Below, piece by piece: positions 38,421 to 49,797 of a stretch of DNA of 64,000 nt. The translations under genes and the position numbers were made by a program. The notes under the pieces are model-generated. The model ran no database searches. It worked only from the letters and a program-made list of their open reading frames with translations, and was not told the DNA's origin. How positions within the stretch are numbered: the first letter of the stretch is position 1; each line of letters begins with the position of its first letter. Source of the DNA: a virus (Duplodnaviria; Caudoviricetes). The stretch covers positions 29,837 through 93,836 of the IMG/VR virus record IMGVR_UViG_3300000169_000002. One strand, given 5' to 3'.

Positions 38421-40598
38421 ATGCTTAAACGCCCTTATAGTAAACACGAAGAAAAATATCATATACATTGGGAAACCTCAAATGTGAGTTTCTTAAAAGT
38501 GGCTCTTCTTTTGAAGAAAATGGGAATAGAAAATTATTATTTCATGCTCAAGTTATATGATGAAGATTTGAAGCATATCGATCCTTATGACCCGAATATT
38601 ACTCCTGAGCAAATGGCTAAAGTTTTGTTTGAAGTTTCTCGTAACTATTATTATTTTCTCAGAGAAGTTGCAAGGGTGCCTGAAGAAGGTGCTCCGACTG
38701 AGATTGGTGGAGGTAGTCCATTCCAACTCCATCGTGGTAACCTTGCACAAGCATTCTGTTTTGAGCATAATATAAGTCACTATTTGGAGCTCCCACGTCA
38801 GTTCGGTAAAACCACCGGGGCTTATCAGAGATATTTATGGCAATTCTCCTATGGAACTACCTCATCTACTACTATCTTTATGAACATGGATCACAAAGCG
38901 GCTATTGCGAACTTAGACCGATTGAAAAACGCTCGGTCGCTTCTTCCTGAATATATGCAAATGGTATTTACTCTTGATGAGAAAACTGGTCAACTTAAGA
39001 AAGATGTTGACAACGTCTACGAAATCAAAAATAAGAAGCTTAAAAATACTATTATCACCAGAGCTGGTGCCCGAAACGTCCAATCCGCCGAACGTGTCGG
39101 TCGCGGTCTTTCGGTTCCGTCTATATGGTTTGACGAGTTTAACTTTATGCTTCTCAACGAGACGATTCATGCTGCTGCTGTCCCTGCATTCTCCAAAGCA
39201 TCTGAAAACGCTGCCAAAAACGGAAAACCATATGCTATTTGTATAACTAGTACTCCTGGTGATCTTGGGACGGCTCACGGAGCATATGGTTTTGACTTGA
39301 AACAAAAAGCAGCCAGGTTTACTGAATCCTTATATGACATGGACCCGGATGAAATACAAACCTGGTTGCAAAAGAACTCTAGTAATGGAATGATTTATAT
39401 AACATTCTCTTTCTTGCAACTTGGCAAGGGTAGAGAATGGTTTGAAGAACAATGTAAACTGATGAACCATAACTGGATGAAGATCCGCCGGGAACTTCTT
39501 CTCCAGTGGAACAAAGCATCTAACAATTCCCCATTTAGCCCTGAAGATATAGATGAGCTTGATACTATGGCAATTCCTGCAATTGACACAATTAAAATCA
39601 ATAAATATTACGAAGTTCTTTTATATAGAAAAGTAGATCCTTACAAACGATACTTAATAGGTGTCGACGTATCTAAAGGTATTGGTAAAGATGCGACGGC
39701 TGTAGCTATAGTTGATTCACAAACCTTAGAAATAGTTGGCCTCTTTATCAATAATACAATTAGGTCCAAAGAATTAAAACGTTTCTTGTTAACATTGGTC
39801 TTGGACCATTTCCCGAATTCGGTGCTGATTATAGAAAATAACAGCATCGGGGATGCATTAATTGAAGATCTGAAACAAACTGCTCTTAAACACCATCTGT
39901 ATTTCGATTATGCTGTAAGACTTGCTGAAGAAACTCGCAAAGATGGTATAATCGAAAAGAAAAAGAAAAACAGAGTCATCTATGGTCACGAGGTAACGTC
40001 TGCTACTCGTCCTAAGATGATGGAACTTCTGCTTCAATTTGTTTCTAAACATAAGCAGAAAATTAATGCTAAAGAACTTGTTGACCAAATTAGACATCTT
40101 GAGTATAAAAATGAAAATAGAATCGAGCATGCCAGTGGTCAACATGACGACGCAGTATTTGCATATCTGGCATGTATCTACATCATGTTTTATGGGAAAA
40201 ATCTCCCAAGATTTGGATTATTTAATGCGTATAACTTTGATGGCGACTCCATTGAAGAGAAATCTACAGGCAAGAAGCACGTACTTACCAATACATTTAA
40301 GAATAAACGTATTGTTGAATTGGTTGAATCTAATCCATACTTTTCTGGTCTGTTTGAGGATTTGCTATTCGTTGAAGATGAGGATAAACAAGTATGGCAA
40401 GAGATTAAAGAGCTCGAAGACGACGATAATGATGGAATCAGCACTCTTTACAGAGCAGATGGATTTGCTGCGGCTAAGATTAAGAAGAATGCTTTTAGAG
40501 AACTTAATCAACGAGCTATGGGAAGAATTTATGGCGAAGGAACTAAAAATTCTATATTTGGGGTGTCGGATAGATATTCCGGAAGCACATGGTGGTGA
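38421..40598 (+). CDS. terL: Terminase large subunit
   Basis: Walker A LPRQFGKTT, Walker B WFDEF, ITSTP; nuclease motifs GVDVSKG, IENN and HDDAVFA. Confidence 0.92.
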   Translation: MLKRPYSKHEEKYHIHWETSNVSFLKVALLLKKMGIENYYFMLKLYDEDLKHIDPYDPNITPEQMAKVLFEVSRNYYYFLREVARVPEEGAPTEIGGGSPFQLHRGNLAQAFCFEHNISHYLELPRQFGKTTGAYQRYLWQFSYGTTSSTTIFMNMDHKAAIANLDRLKNARSLLPEYMQMVFTLDEKTGQLKKDVDNVYEIKNKKLKNTIITRAGARNVQSAERVGRGLSVPSIWFDEFNFMLLNETIHAAAVPAFSKASENAAKNGKPYAICITSTPGDLGTAHGAYGFDLKQKAARFTESLYDMDPDEIQTWLQKNSSNGMIYITFSFLQLGKGREWFEEQCKLMNHNWMKIRRELLLQWNKASNNSPFSPEDIDELDTMAIPAIDTIKINKYYEVLLYRKVDPYKRYLIGVDVSKGIGKDATAVAIVDSQTLEIVGLFINNTIRSKELKRFLLTLVLDHFPNSVLIIENNSIGDALIEDLKQTALKHHLYFDYAVRLAEETRKDGIIEKKKKNRVIYGHEVTSATRPKMMELLLQFVSKHKQKINAKELVDQIRHLEYKNENRIEHASGQHDDAVFAYLACIYIMFYGKNLPRFGLFNAYNFDGDSIEEKSTGKKHVLTNTFKNKRIVELVESNPYFSGLFEDLLFVEDEDKQVWQEIKELEDDDNDGISTLYRADGFAAAKIKKNAFRELNQRAMGRIYGEGTKNSIFGVSDRYSGSTWW

Positions 40599-40711
40599 CA
40601 TTTTAATAAGTTTGGTCCAGGTAAATTCCTGGACCAAATTTTTTACATAGAAAAAAATTATCAATAGACCATAAAATTAGTAGACAAATCAAAATATGGA
40701 GGACGATATAA

Positions 40712-41491
40712 ATGGAAGACATCTTGGAATTTGATGACGGCCCTCAGAATAGCACAAATGTTCGTACTATTCTTGAGTATATAGACAATGAATTCTATTC
40801 TGAGGCAATCAAAGAACAAATTTTTAGCGGGCTTGACTGCAACAATGTTGACTACATTGATCAATTTAGGATGAAAATTGAAGAAATTTCTCAAAAATAT
40901 GATGAAGATGATTATCAGTCTATCATTGATTTTGAACAGCAATTGTATAGAGATCTTATTGGGTGGATTGAAGAAAGGTATAATATCGAAATTGAATATG
41001 ATGAAGATTCCCTGCACGCAGTTGCATATGATATGTATAAATTTTTCGTTGTTGATCTTAAAGATATTACAACCTCTTTCTTATTGAATTACATTATCGA
41101 AAATTATAAACCTCTTGTAGAAGGAATTTCTGAAGAATTTTTGAATATTCCAGCAATTGAAAATATTGAATCAGAACAAGATAAGTATCAGTTTATAGCC
41201 GTTAGCAATGTAAATGAATTGATTAAACAAGTTTCTTATCTCGATATTGATTTTGAAACATTTGTTAGATATGCATCTCGTTCTGGGGATATTGAATCTA
41301 TTAATAATAAAGTAGATGAAGATGGAAGCGTTTCTTTGTCCTGGGGATTTATAGATGAGGGAGATTTGGTTCACAGTATTTTGAATCAAATTGCCCATGG
41401 TGAATACGATAGAAATATCATTTTGTCTATTACTGACAATTTGATTAGTTCCTTTGATATTAGAATTAAGCTGGATGAAGAAAATGGATAA
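40712..41491 (+). CDS. Acidic hypothetical protein
   Basis: 259-aa ORF, GGAGG RBS. Confidence 0.75.
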   Translation: MEDILEFDDGPQNSTNVRTILEYIDNEFYSEAIKEQIFSGLDCNNVDYIDQFRMKIEEISQKYDEDDYQSIIDFEQQLYRDLIGWIEERYNIEIEYDEDSLHAVAYDMYKFFVVDLKDITTSFLLNYIIENYKPLVEGISEEFLNIPAIENIESEQDKYQFIAVSNVNELIKQVSYLDIDFETFVRYASRSGDIESINNKVDEDGSVSLSWGFIDEGDLVHSILNQIAHGEYDRNIILSITDNLISSFDIRIKLDEENG

Positions 41492-41613
41492 TAGTTATCT
41501 TAAACTGTAATTAAATAAAATTGATCAGATGATTTAATTTTGGAATACCACACCATCAGTGATATAATCACATTTTATAATAACGAAATTAAGTTTGGTA
41601 AGGAGAATGAGTA

Positions 41614-43110
41614 ATGGCGGAAAAAAGAAAAAGAAAAAATAATGTAGTAACCATCAATGATGGGTCCACGAAATTAAACGACGAAATCGGGATTCAGAAA
41701 AATTCTGCTGAACATAAAGAACCTGTTGAACTTAAAGTTATTGGAAATCAGGAGCCGACCCCTATTAAAGCCTTCACTGAGGAAGGCGATATTTTCGCCG
41801 GTAAAACGAAAGAAGATATTCTCGAAGAGCTTGGAAAAACCGGTGTTGAGTCTGAAGAAGTTACCGGCGTAGTTGTCAAAGATGATATTACCGGGGAAGA
41901 AATCCCAGGGACTGCAAAGCAATTACCGGATGCTAAATTTCTTCAAGACCTGGAACCAGAAAATCTGAAGAAATTTTTCCATAGTATCGTAAAACAAAGT
42001 CTCTCATTCATTCTTCCAGAGGACTTTACTGAAGAGCAACAAGATGAACTTATTAAATCTATTGAGGAAAAACTCGTTAAACTTGATAAAAAAGATATTA
42101 AAGCAATGGGAATTAATGAAATTAAAGAAATTTATGGTGCTAAAGTTTATAGTGAAATTAAGAAATTACACCCCCAAGATCATTTCAGATTGGCTAAAAG
42201 AATTCTTATTGATTTTAAAGACGGCCTTGTTGAATATCAAGGGGTCATTGATTCTTCTGAAGAAATTAACAGGCACATGAAATTCTTCCAACAGCTTGAT
42301 ATTGAAAATGTAGAGAAAAATATTCGTGAGAAAATCAAAGAAAATGGCGAAAAGTTTAAAACTAGTCTCCATGAATATAAAAGATATCTTGAGCTGTATC
42401 TCGAATTTTTGGAAAATAAAGAAGAATATAAAGATAATCCATTCATGGAAAAAGAAAAAGAAGTTACCAAATCAAAGATTGAAGCTGTGGATGAAGCCCT
42501 CTCTTTTAAATATATTTATAAAAAATGTGAAGGCGGGAAAGAAAAAATTCTTAAAGACTTTAAAAATCAACAAGTTTTGAATAAAGCAATTTTTGACTTC
42601 ATGGGAAAATTGAACAATGATTCTACGATAAATATTCCATTCCCGGTTCCTAAAAATTTTGAAGTTAAAACAAATGTTAATGAAATTCTTACTACTATAT
42701 GGATTACTTTCTTGGAAATGGCTATCGCTAGAACTAAATTTGATAACATCAAAAATCTTTCGACCACTGAATATGTGGAAATGACCCAAATTCTCAGAGG
42801 ACAAGAACCTAAAAAATCTAAGAAAGATAAAGAAGTAGAAGTTGTATCTCCTGAAAATAAAATCGATCTTAAAGAATTTATTAAAGAAAATAATATTACA
42901 TTTAAGGATATTGACGAATGCAGAAAAGCGTCTATTGCTATTACTTACATTATCGCCAGAGCCTTCAAACCATCTATTTTGAATAGCAGTAATCATCTGA
43001 AATATGTACTTTCTTATACAATGCAACTTCTTACTCAATCGATTTACAACGATGAATGCAACAGTATGTTGAATGAGTTGGTTGAAGGCGTTCGTGTCAG
43101 ACTTGCTTAA
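41614..43110 (+). CDS. Hypothetical helical protein
   Basis: 498-aa ORF, AAGGAG RBS, terminator at 43117-43146. Confidence 0.75.
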   Translation: MAEKRKRKNNVVTINDGSTKLNDEIGIQKNSAEHKEPVELKVIGNQEPTPIKAFTEEGDIFAGKTKEDILEELGKTGVESEEVTGVVVKDDITGEEIPGTAKQLPDAKFLQDLEPENLKKFFHSIVKQSLSFILPEDFTEEQQDELIKSIEEKLVKLDKKDIKAMGINEIKEIYGAKVYSEIKKLHPQDHFRLAKRILIDFKDGLVEYQGVIDSSEEINRHMKFFQQLDIENVEKNIREKIKENGEKFKTSLHEYKRYLELYLEFLENKEEYKDNPFMEKEKEVTKSKIEAVDEALSFKYIYKKCEGGKEKILKDFKNQQVLNKAIFDFMGKLNNDSTINIPFPVPKNFEVKTNVNEILTTIWITFLEMAIARTKFDNIKNLSTTEYVEMTQILRGQEPKKSKKDKEVEVVSPENKIDLKEFIKENNITFKDIDECRKASIAITYIIARAFKPSILNSSNHLKYVLSYTMQLLTQSIYNDECNSMLNELVEGVRVRLA

Positions 43111-43214
43111 TTCAATAAACCGTAACTGGGAAACCAGTTACGGTTTTATTTTTTTTTTCTTAGAATTTGTTTTTGAAACACTTCAATAATAGTTACATAG
43201 AAAGGAGGATACCA

Positions 43215-43949
43215 ATGAGTATCTTAGATAAAAATTATTTCAAACAAGATGGTTCATCTATTATTTTAGACACGTTCAAATGTGAAATATTTGTCCCTGA
43301 TGCATATTTCGATTCAAAATTGGCAGTGCAGGATGGAGAAATCTATAACCTTTTTTTTATCGTAAAATATAAATTATATCATAGTGAAAATGATTCTGGC
43401 AGAAAAAATTATGGGGATTTTCTGTTCCCATCCATCGTGACTACCAAACCAGATGATGTAAGAGTAGAGGAACTAGATATTTATGGGGACATGGAGAGGT
43501 TCCATGTATTTACTTATTATAAAGGATCTCCTATTATCAATAATAGATTTATTGTCAAATCTTCTATTATGGTAGAAAGGTTTGTCAACCTTAGAAACGA
43601 TGGAAAAATTAGAGTATTTTATGGAAAACTTCCTGAAATTGAAAATAAAGTACAAAAAATTCATGACACTAAATTAGGAGTCCCTCAATATATACAACAA
43701 CTTACAATTTCTGAAGTTTATAGGGATAGTACGGATTATTCCAGGCCAGCTAGATTGGTAATGACCTCTTCTGATAAAGATAATACTAAGGTTAAAGCTC
43801 TTAATATGAGAGAAAATTCTGCATTTACTTCGACTTTGGCAGGTATCAATTTTGAAGATGTTAAAGCCATGCTTACCGTTGCAGATAATCGGGATGATAA
43901 AGACTCTAAAGTGATAAGCCCGATAGAAAAAGTAATAAAAGGCCTTTAA
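43215..43949 (+). CDS. Late hypothetical protein, probably virion-associated
   Basis: Late motif at 43177; AAGGAGG RBS. The C-terminus (SAFTSTLAGINFEDVKAML...SPIEKVIKG) loosely recalls the RpoC C-terminus, so it may be a small virion RNAP beta' fragment. Confidence 0.5.
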   Translation: MSILDKNYFKQDGSSIILDTFKCEIFVPDAYFDSKLAVQDGEIYNLFFIVKYKLYHSENDSGRKNYGDFLFPSIVTTKPDDVRVEELDIYGDMERFHVFTYYKGSPIINNRFIVKSSIMVERFVNLRNDGKIRVFYGKLPEIENKVQKIHDTKLGVPQYIQQLTISEVYRDSTDYSRPARLVMTSSDKDNTKVKALNMRENSAFTSTLAGINFEDVKAMLTVADNRDDKDSKVISPIEKVIKGL

Positions 43950-44024
43950 CAACATAAGAAAGAGGCATATTTCAACAATGAATTAAATATTAAATTACTC
44001 ACTCAAAGAGGAGGTTTTAGGCAG

Positions 44025-45800
44025 ATGTTCGATAAAATTGTGATTGTGGACCAGTCGACCTACACCCCTGCGACTCCGGTCACGGTCTCGCCTGACAGGC
44101 CTCGGGCATTCATTCCGATCTTTTCGCCGAAAGGATTTGGAAAAGATGACGAGGTCAAACTTTTTGAAGCTTATACTCATGGTACGCTCGTAAAGAACTA
44201 CGGTACTCCTAATATGCTTACTACTCTTGCTCCTCTCTACTATGCTTATGAATTCCTTCGCGGTGGTGGCGATGTCTATGTTCGCCGCATCGTGTCCAAA
44301 ACTGCTGGTCATGCTCACGTGGTAATTGTCGCAAAAGTCAATTTTCCCGCGGACACTGGCAAAGCAGAAGTCAAATTCGAAAATCGTATTTTGGACACTG
44401 CAACTGACCTCGAAACCATGATTTCGGACGCAGAAGCCCTTCTGAATCTGACTCCGGACGCAGACGGCTTCGTTGACTACCCGATTGCTCTGGTCGGTGT
44501 CAAATGGGCTGGGGCGGAAGGTAATAAATTTACTTTCCGGCTGCTGCCGAATACGTCTTTGGATAAACAAATCGACCAAAAGGCATACAGCCTTGAGGCT
44601 CGTGAATCTTCTTCCTCGTCGCCGAAAAATTATGGTTTCACGATGGACGAAAATGCTATCCTGGACGGCCAAAGCATATATGCTAATGATATTTTTGAAG
44701 AACAATCTTCGGATATCTATTTCAACGTTCTCAGCACTTACAATCAATTTGTGGCTGCAATTGCAAGCTATCTGCCTGCATCTGAAAGAGAACGGCCTGA
44801 TATTTTCTTTGGTAAAGATAAATCGGGCGTAGCATATCCGAACTATACCATTCTTGAAACCTCTGTTGATTATACTGCTCCTGGTGGTATTGCTCTCGGC
44901 GGTGGTGACGATGGTGATTTTGCCATGAACAACCCGGACCGTGAAGACAATATGATGGAACGGTATGTCGAATCGTTCAACGAACTGCCAACTCAAATGC
45001 TGGAAAATGAATATAAATATTTCATCGACTATGTATTCGATTTTGGTGGAAATCAAGACGTTAAAGATGCGCTTGTCGCATTTGCTCAACGTCGTTTGAC
45101 CACCAAAGCAATCATCGATACTGGTCGTTCCAATAAGACTGTAACTTCTATCGTCAATGCACGTACTACCGGCGGTATCACCTATAGCAATGAAAAAGTT
45201 GTCATTGTCGGCGGTGTCGGTACGTATCGTGATCCGTTTACCAACAAGAAGGTTGTTATGCCTCTGTCTTTCTTTGAAGCATTTTCTATTGCAAACCATG
45301 TTGCAAACTATGAAGGTGGTGCTAGGCCGTTTGCCGGTGCTGGCTACACCTATAACAACATGCTTGCTGGTTCTTATCAACCGATCGTCTATGATGAAAA
45401 TAGCGATGCTGCTCGTAGCCTTACCGATAATCAAATTAACTTCGCTGTTGAAGATATCAATGGTTATCAAGCGTTCCATCAATATACTTCTCTGAAGACC
45501 AAATCTCTTGGACTCGGTGAGCGGAACAACGTTCATCTGTTGCATCTGATGATTCGTTCCTGCTTGCTTGAAGCTAAAGCTGAACGCTGGAATTTCCTTG
45601 AAGATTCTGATATTGAACGTTACGGTGCCCGTATCCAGCAACGTTTGGAAATTGAGATGGCCGGTAAAGTCGGCGAACTCAGTGTTCAAGTTGAACGTGC
45701 TGGACAATATGGCGAAGACCGGAACCGTGTAAATGTTGCTATCACGGTTCGCTTCAAGAACATCAATAAAGGCACCACGTTCACCTTTACGATTATTTAA
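44025..45800 (+). CDS. Contractile tail sheath protein
   Basis: 591 aa; FLRGGGDVYVRRIV, LGGGDDG, PFAG and LTDNQIN; sheath-type C-terminus; late promoter at 43974. Confidence 0.85.
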   Translation: MFDKIVIVDQSTYTPATPVTVSPDRPRAFIPIFSPKGFGKDDEVKLFEAYTHGTLVKNYGTPNMLTTLAPLYYAYEFLRGGGDVYVRRIVSKTAGHAHVVIVAKVNFPADTGKAEVKFENRILDTATDLETMISDAEALLNLTPDADGFVDYPIALVGVKWAGAEGNKFTFRLLPNTSLDKQIDQKAYSLEARESSSSSPKNYGFTMDENAILDGQSIYANDIFEEQSSDIYFNVLSTYNQFVAAIASYLPASERERPDIFFGKDKSGVAYPNYTILETSVDYTAPGGIALGGGDDGDFAMNNPDREDNMMERYVESFNELPTQMLENEYKYFIDYVFDFGGNQDVKDALVAFAQRRLTTKAIIDTGRSNKTVTSIVNARTTGGITYSNEKVVIVGGVGTYRDPFTNKKVVMPLSFFEAFSIANHVANYEGGARPFAGAGYTYNNMLAGSYQPIVYDENSDAARSLTDNQINFAVEDINGYQAFHQYTSLKTKSLGLGERNNVHLLHLMIRSCLLEAKAERWNFLEDSDIERYGARIQQRLEIEMAGKVGELSVQVERAGQYGEDRNRVNVAITVRFKNINKGTTFTFTII

Positions 45801-45824
45801 TAAACAGAAAGGGAGGAGAAACAA

Positions 45825-46637
45825 ATGGCGGAAATTCTCGAATCCTACCCGCTCTGGTTAGGTGTGCCTAACCTGAGCAAGGATCAACTCCGGAATTTTG
45901 ACCCTGCATATACTGGATATGTCCATCTCTTCGTAGTTCGCACGCCTCCAGTGTTGCAATATCATGACCAAAAATTTGGAACTTCTCACAATAAAAACTT
46001 TAAAGCTGTTTTCGAACGGACTATGACCAGCTTCACCGGCCTGCCTGAAATTACTGTGAACTATCAAGAACAAGTTCACGGTTTTGCGGACCGGAAAGTT
46101 CCTCATGCAACGAACATCGAAAGCAACTTTGATACTTTCACGATTCGTTGCTTGGAATTCAAGAAGCTGCCAACGTATACTCTGATCCAAGACTGGATTT
46201 ATCTGGTCGGCGGTGACGAGATCTCCAAGATTAAAGACTATAAAGGAATGGCCTCTATGATCAACGGCGGCTATTCTCTGGAAAACCATACGGCTTCGTT
46301 CATCGTATGTACGTCCAACCCTGAAATGACGGACATTCAAGGGCGTGCACACTATATCACGGTTGCGACGCCCATTTCCCTGACTCGGGACATTTACCAC
46401 ATGAATGCTGGTGAAATTTCCATCGTTGATGGTATCGATATCAGCATGCGTGGTGTCCTGCGGTACGGTCCGGAAATCGACAACAAGGCTCGTCAATTGC
46501 TCAGGGAACGCAAGACCGTCATTAACTATTACGCTACGGCAAGTGTTGGTACAAACGGCGCCGTTCGGGAAAATCCGTTCCATCCTGGAGGTTCTCTCAA
46601 CGGCGAGACCATCACTCCTCAAACGACTATCATCTAA
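45825..46637 (+). CDS. Tail tube protein
   Basis: Directly follows the sheath gene; 270 aa; beta-rich; GC-rich codons. Confidence 0.7.
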   Translation: MAEILESYPLWLGVPNLSKDQLRNFDPAYTGYVHLFVVRTPPVLQYHDQKFGTSHNKNFKAVFERTMTSFTGLPEITVNYQEQVHGFADRKVPHATNIESNFDTFTIRCLEFKKLPTYTLIQDWIYLVGGDEISKIKDYKGMASMINGGYSLENHTASFIVCTSNPEMTDIQGRAHYITVATPISLTRDIYHMNAGEISIVDGIDISMRGVLRYGPEIDNKARQLLRERKTVINYYATASVGTNGAVRENPFHPGGSLNGETITPQTTII

Positions 46638-46649
46638 TCAAAATGAAAT

Positions 46650-46680
46650 TCCCCATACTCCTTATCAAGGAGTATGGGGA
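46650..46680. terminator. Probable bidirectional terminator
   Basis: Stem TCCCCATACTCCTT/AAGGAGTATGGGGA between convergent genes. Confidence 0.8.
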
Positions 46681-46687
46681 GTTGTTT

Positions 46688-48970
46688 TTAAACTTCTGAA
46701 GAATCTTCAGATTGAGAATTGGTATCTTTAATTTTTTGCGCGAGATTAAGCTCGATTGTCTTTTCTTTAACTCTTTCAATCATAGAATCAATTTCAGTCC
46801 AGTCATATGTTACGTTTTCTCTTACAAATTCTTTCACAAACAGTTTTCTGAGATTTTCATCCTCTTCAACTATATTAATTTCAGCCATGGATTGTCCAAG
46901 GTCTTTTACAGTATTCATAAGTTCATTGGTTATTTGCATTAACATGCTTCTGGATGGAATAAGTCTGGCATGGATTGATTCAATTTCTTCCTTAGTAAGA
47001 TCGAGTTCGTATGCCATGACATATCGAATTAATTTAGTGAGAGGTTCATTAAGTTCAGCTTGGGCGTGTGCACTGGACGAAGCAATATCCAGGTTAGCCA
47101 TTGAAAGAGTTTTGGCAAAATCAACCTCATCGGTATAATCAACAATAACCGATGGTACGTTGAAAGAGAGTATAATTGATTTAATGAGGAATTGAAGGAA
47201 CTGCTCATCCATTTCAACTTGTTGACCAGATACAACTTCTGGACGGATCGGTTGTTCTCCATCCCCTTGAGGTATAAACAAATCAACAATTGAACCTACA
47301 GATCCGATAATTCCGCTAATAGTGCCAATATCAGACCATCTAATCTGTGATTGTTGAACTGCTTCAATTGCTTCGATAACAGCTCCTTCAACATCATTTG
47401 AAAGACCGGTCGCGACATACCACACGGTTCTATCGGAGCCTCTACGAACTTTAGTAAGAATATTGCTGAGAAGTAGCAAGAGATATAGTTTAAGGAAGAA
47501 CAATGCATTTTTCATGATCGATCCCTGCTGACGTTTAAATTCAATAACGTCATCAGGATGCAGAATGATTATATCCCTTGCTTCTTTATGAATTTGGCGG
47601 TCCCTCAAAAATTCATAGAAGACATCCATATTATCAAAGTTTGCCTCTAAGAATTTTGGAGAGATATTTGCAAGTACAGCATTTCCAATATTTCTAATAA
47701 TCTGGTTTTCAATAGCTTTCATTGTATAATCTCTATAATCTGCAGACGCGGTTCTATAAAATGAAAATTGATGTTGGAAGTTATTTCTAAGATTCATTCT
47801 CAAAGAGTCATCTCTTCGCTCTTCAATATAAATATAAGCAACAACTGTATCTTTAATTCTTAAAGGCCATGTTCTAGCCGGGTCGAGGCGCTCAATTTTG
47901 CAGCCCAAGATTTGGATTTTATCATAATCACTATTAGATCTTCCAGATGTTTGAATAAGACCTTCTGATGCCGTTTTATCAGAGTTTATAGTATTAGATT
48001 TAACAACTTTATCTATCATTTCATCATAAGAAGACTCAATTAACACTTTCCCTTCATCAGAAACTGCTTCAATAAAAGCAGCATCATATGCCATCTTTTT
48101 ATTAGATTTATAAACTTTGATTTGACTGAGATAATTATTTACCTCCTCGTTAAGTTTCTTTATGAAATTTTTCTTTTCTTCATTACTGACTTTTCGGAAA
48201 TTTTCTTTTAATTCATCATGAAAAGCATCAAGGATTGTTGATTCGTTAAGAATCAAATTATCCTTAGAAGGTTGTATCAGAGCAGATTCCTTTATAATAG
48301 AGGCTCTGCTCTTCGTTCCAAGACCATCTCTTTTGATAGCCTCAACAATTGACCTATATGGAACTACAGTTATATATTCTTCACCGATAACTAAATAGTT
48401 CTCAACGATAGTTTTAACTTTCTTATTAAGATCATATTTTTTCTTAATATTTTTAGCCGCTGCTTTCTTGGAATCATCATGAATATTATATTCGATATTG
48501 AAAATTTCAGAAGTTATAGCTTCTGGTGTGATAATACTATTGATTAAAAGATCTATAACTCTTGCTACTTGAGGAATTGCCCTTCTAAAGATTTCATAAT
48601 CTGCAAGAGTTTCATAAAATCTTTCGTTCATCATTATTTGATTCTTGAGTTCCATAAAAATATTTTTATTTTCGGCAACTATATCAAAAACACTTTCATT
48701 TTTCTTATTATCAATTCTAGATCCAGAAGCCAAGCCAAATGAATTTAACCTGGCATTGTTATAAATACTTCCTCTTACAGAAGATCTTAAAGATTCTTCA
48801 TCCTGTTTAGTTAATTGGTTCAATGTATTCAACATTTTTTCAGTGGAATAAAGATCTTTAGATATTCCGTAAGTGGAGAAGTTTGTGAGTCTGGTAAGCT
48901 TAGAAATATTGTCCAAAATAGAATTTGAATTGGTTGTTAAAGAACGTTGATCTTTTTTCTTATCAGCCAA
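46688..48970 (-). CDS. Portal protein
   Basis: IPQVARVIDLLINSII, YLVIGEEY, KVRRGSDRTVWYV and ILSFNVP resemble T4 gp20-type portals. Confidence 0.75.
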   Translation of the reverse strand: MADKKKDQRSLTTNSNSILDNISKLTRLTNFSTYGISKDLYSTEKMLNTLNQLTKQDEESLRSSVRGSIYNNARLNSFGLASGSRIDNKKNESVFDIVAENKNIFMELKNQIMMNERFYETLADYEIFRRAIPQVARVIDLLINSIITPEAITSEIFNIEYNIHDDSKKAAAKNIKKKYDLNKKVKTIVENYLVIGEEYITVVPYRSIVEAIKRDGLGTKSRASIIKESALIQPSKDNLILNESTILDAFHDELKENFRKVSNEEKKNFIKKLNEEVNNYLSQIKVYKSNKKMAYDAAFIEAVSDEGKVLIESSYDEMIDKVVKSNTINSDKTASEGLIQTSGRSNSDYDKIQILGCKIERLDPARTWPLRIKDTVVAYIYIEERRDDSLRMNLRNNFQHQFSFYRTASADYRDYTMKAIENQIIRNIGNAVLANISPKFLEANFDNMDVFYEFLRDRQIHKEARDIIILHPDDVIEFKRQQGSIMKNALFFLKLYLLLLLSNILTKVRRGSDRTVWYVATGLSNDVEGAVIEAIEAVQQSQIRWSDIGTISGIIGSVGSIVDLFIPQGDGEQPIRPEVVSGQQVEMDEQFLQFLIKSIILSFNVPSVIVDYTDEVDFAKTLSMANLDIASSSAHAQAELNEPLTKLIRYVMAYELDLTKEEIESIHARLIPSRSMLMQITNELMNTVKDLGQSMAEINIVEEDENLRKLFVKEFVRENVTYDWTEIDSMIERVKEKTIELNLAQKIKDTNSQSEDSSEV

Positions 48971-48972
48971 CT

Positions 48973-49683
48973 TTAGTCATCTCCTTCTAACAAGTATAGT
49001 ACGTTGAACATATTGATTATTTGATAATCTGGTTTATTGACTGTCGTTACAGTTAAAAATATTAACGACCTATCATCTTTATAAGGAATACATTTTATTG
49101 TAGCAACATCTCCCTTAGTGACATTTTGAAACGTTGACTTAGATAGCCTCATAAAAAATTTATCATCTTCAATTGTTATCGGAAGTTCCGATTTATTAAT
49201 TTCTTTATAAATATCAATTTTGAATTCTTTTGAATTTTCAAAATCCAAATTTTTAACTGAATTTAAAATAGACAGGATCTTCTCATTAAGTTCAGTCTTT
49301 TGAATATCAAGTTTTATACAATAAAAATTATCTTTTTTATAAATAAGACCCATTACTTTCTTGAAATTAGCATCATTATACAATTCTTTAGGGCTACTAC
49401 AAGTATACATAAATTCAATCTTGTCTTTTGAGAAAATGATATCTTTTATTTCGAAAAATTTTGCAGCCACTTTAAATACATCAGGAACAATATCAAATTT
49501 GAAAGGATACATATCCAAAACATCTTTTTCTATTTTCTCAGAAAAAGTAATGAACGATGCAATTCCTTCCTCATATGAGGAGAATACGCCTTTTGAAAAA
49601 TTAAATCTTTCTGCCTTAAACTTACTCAATGTGCCTACAATTTTCATAAAAGATTTATAAAAGGTATTAATGTTCATATTCAT
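48973..49683 (-). CDS. Hypothetical protein
   Basis: 236-aa ORF coupled to the portal gene. Confidence 0.7.
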   Translation of the reverse strand: MNMNINTFYKSFMKIVGTLSKFKAERFNFSKGVFSSYEEGIASFITFSEKIEKDVLDMYPFKFDIVPDVFKVAAKFFEIKDIIFSKDKIEFMYTCSSPKELYNDANFKKVMGLIYKKDNFYCIKLDIQKTELNEKILSILNSVKNLDFENSKEFKIDIYKEINKSELPITIEDDKFFMRLSKSTFQNVTKGDVATIKCIPYKDDRSLIFLTVTTVNKPDYQIINMFNVLYLLEGDD

Positions 49684-49797
49684 TACCGCCTTTTCTTTTT
49701 ATCATCTATTAGTGGTTTTATGATTTATACATTAAAATTATGGTTTAACAGAATATTAAGGAAAAATATTGACTACTCTTAGTGAGGAGGAACTAAA

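Noticed and set aside
40584-40598. Trp near the C-terminus of several proteins (TerL STWW, DnaB, RecA, 58076, 58857, 9695)
   Set aside because: No shared consensus beyond W; enrichment too weak to support by eye
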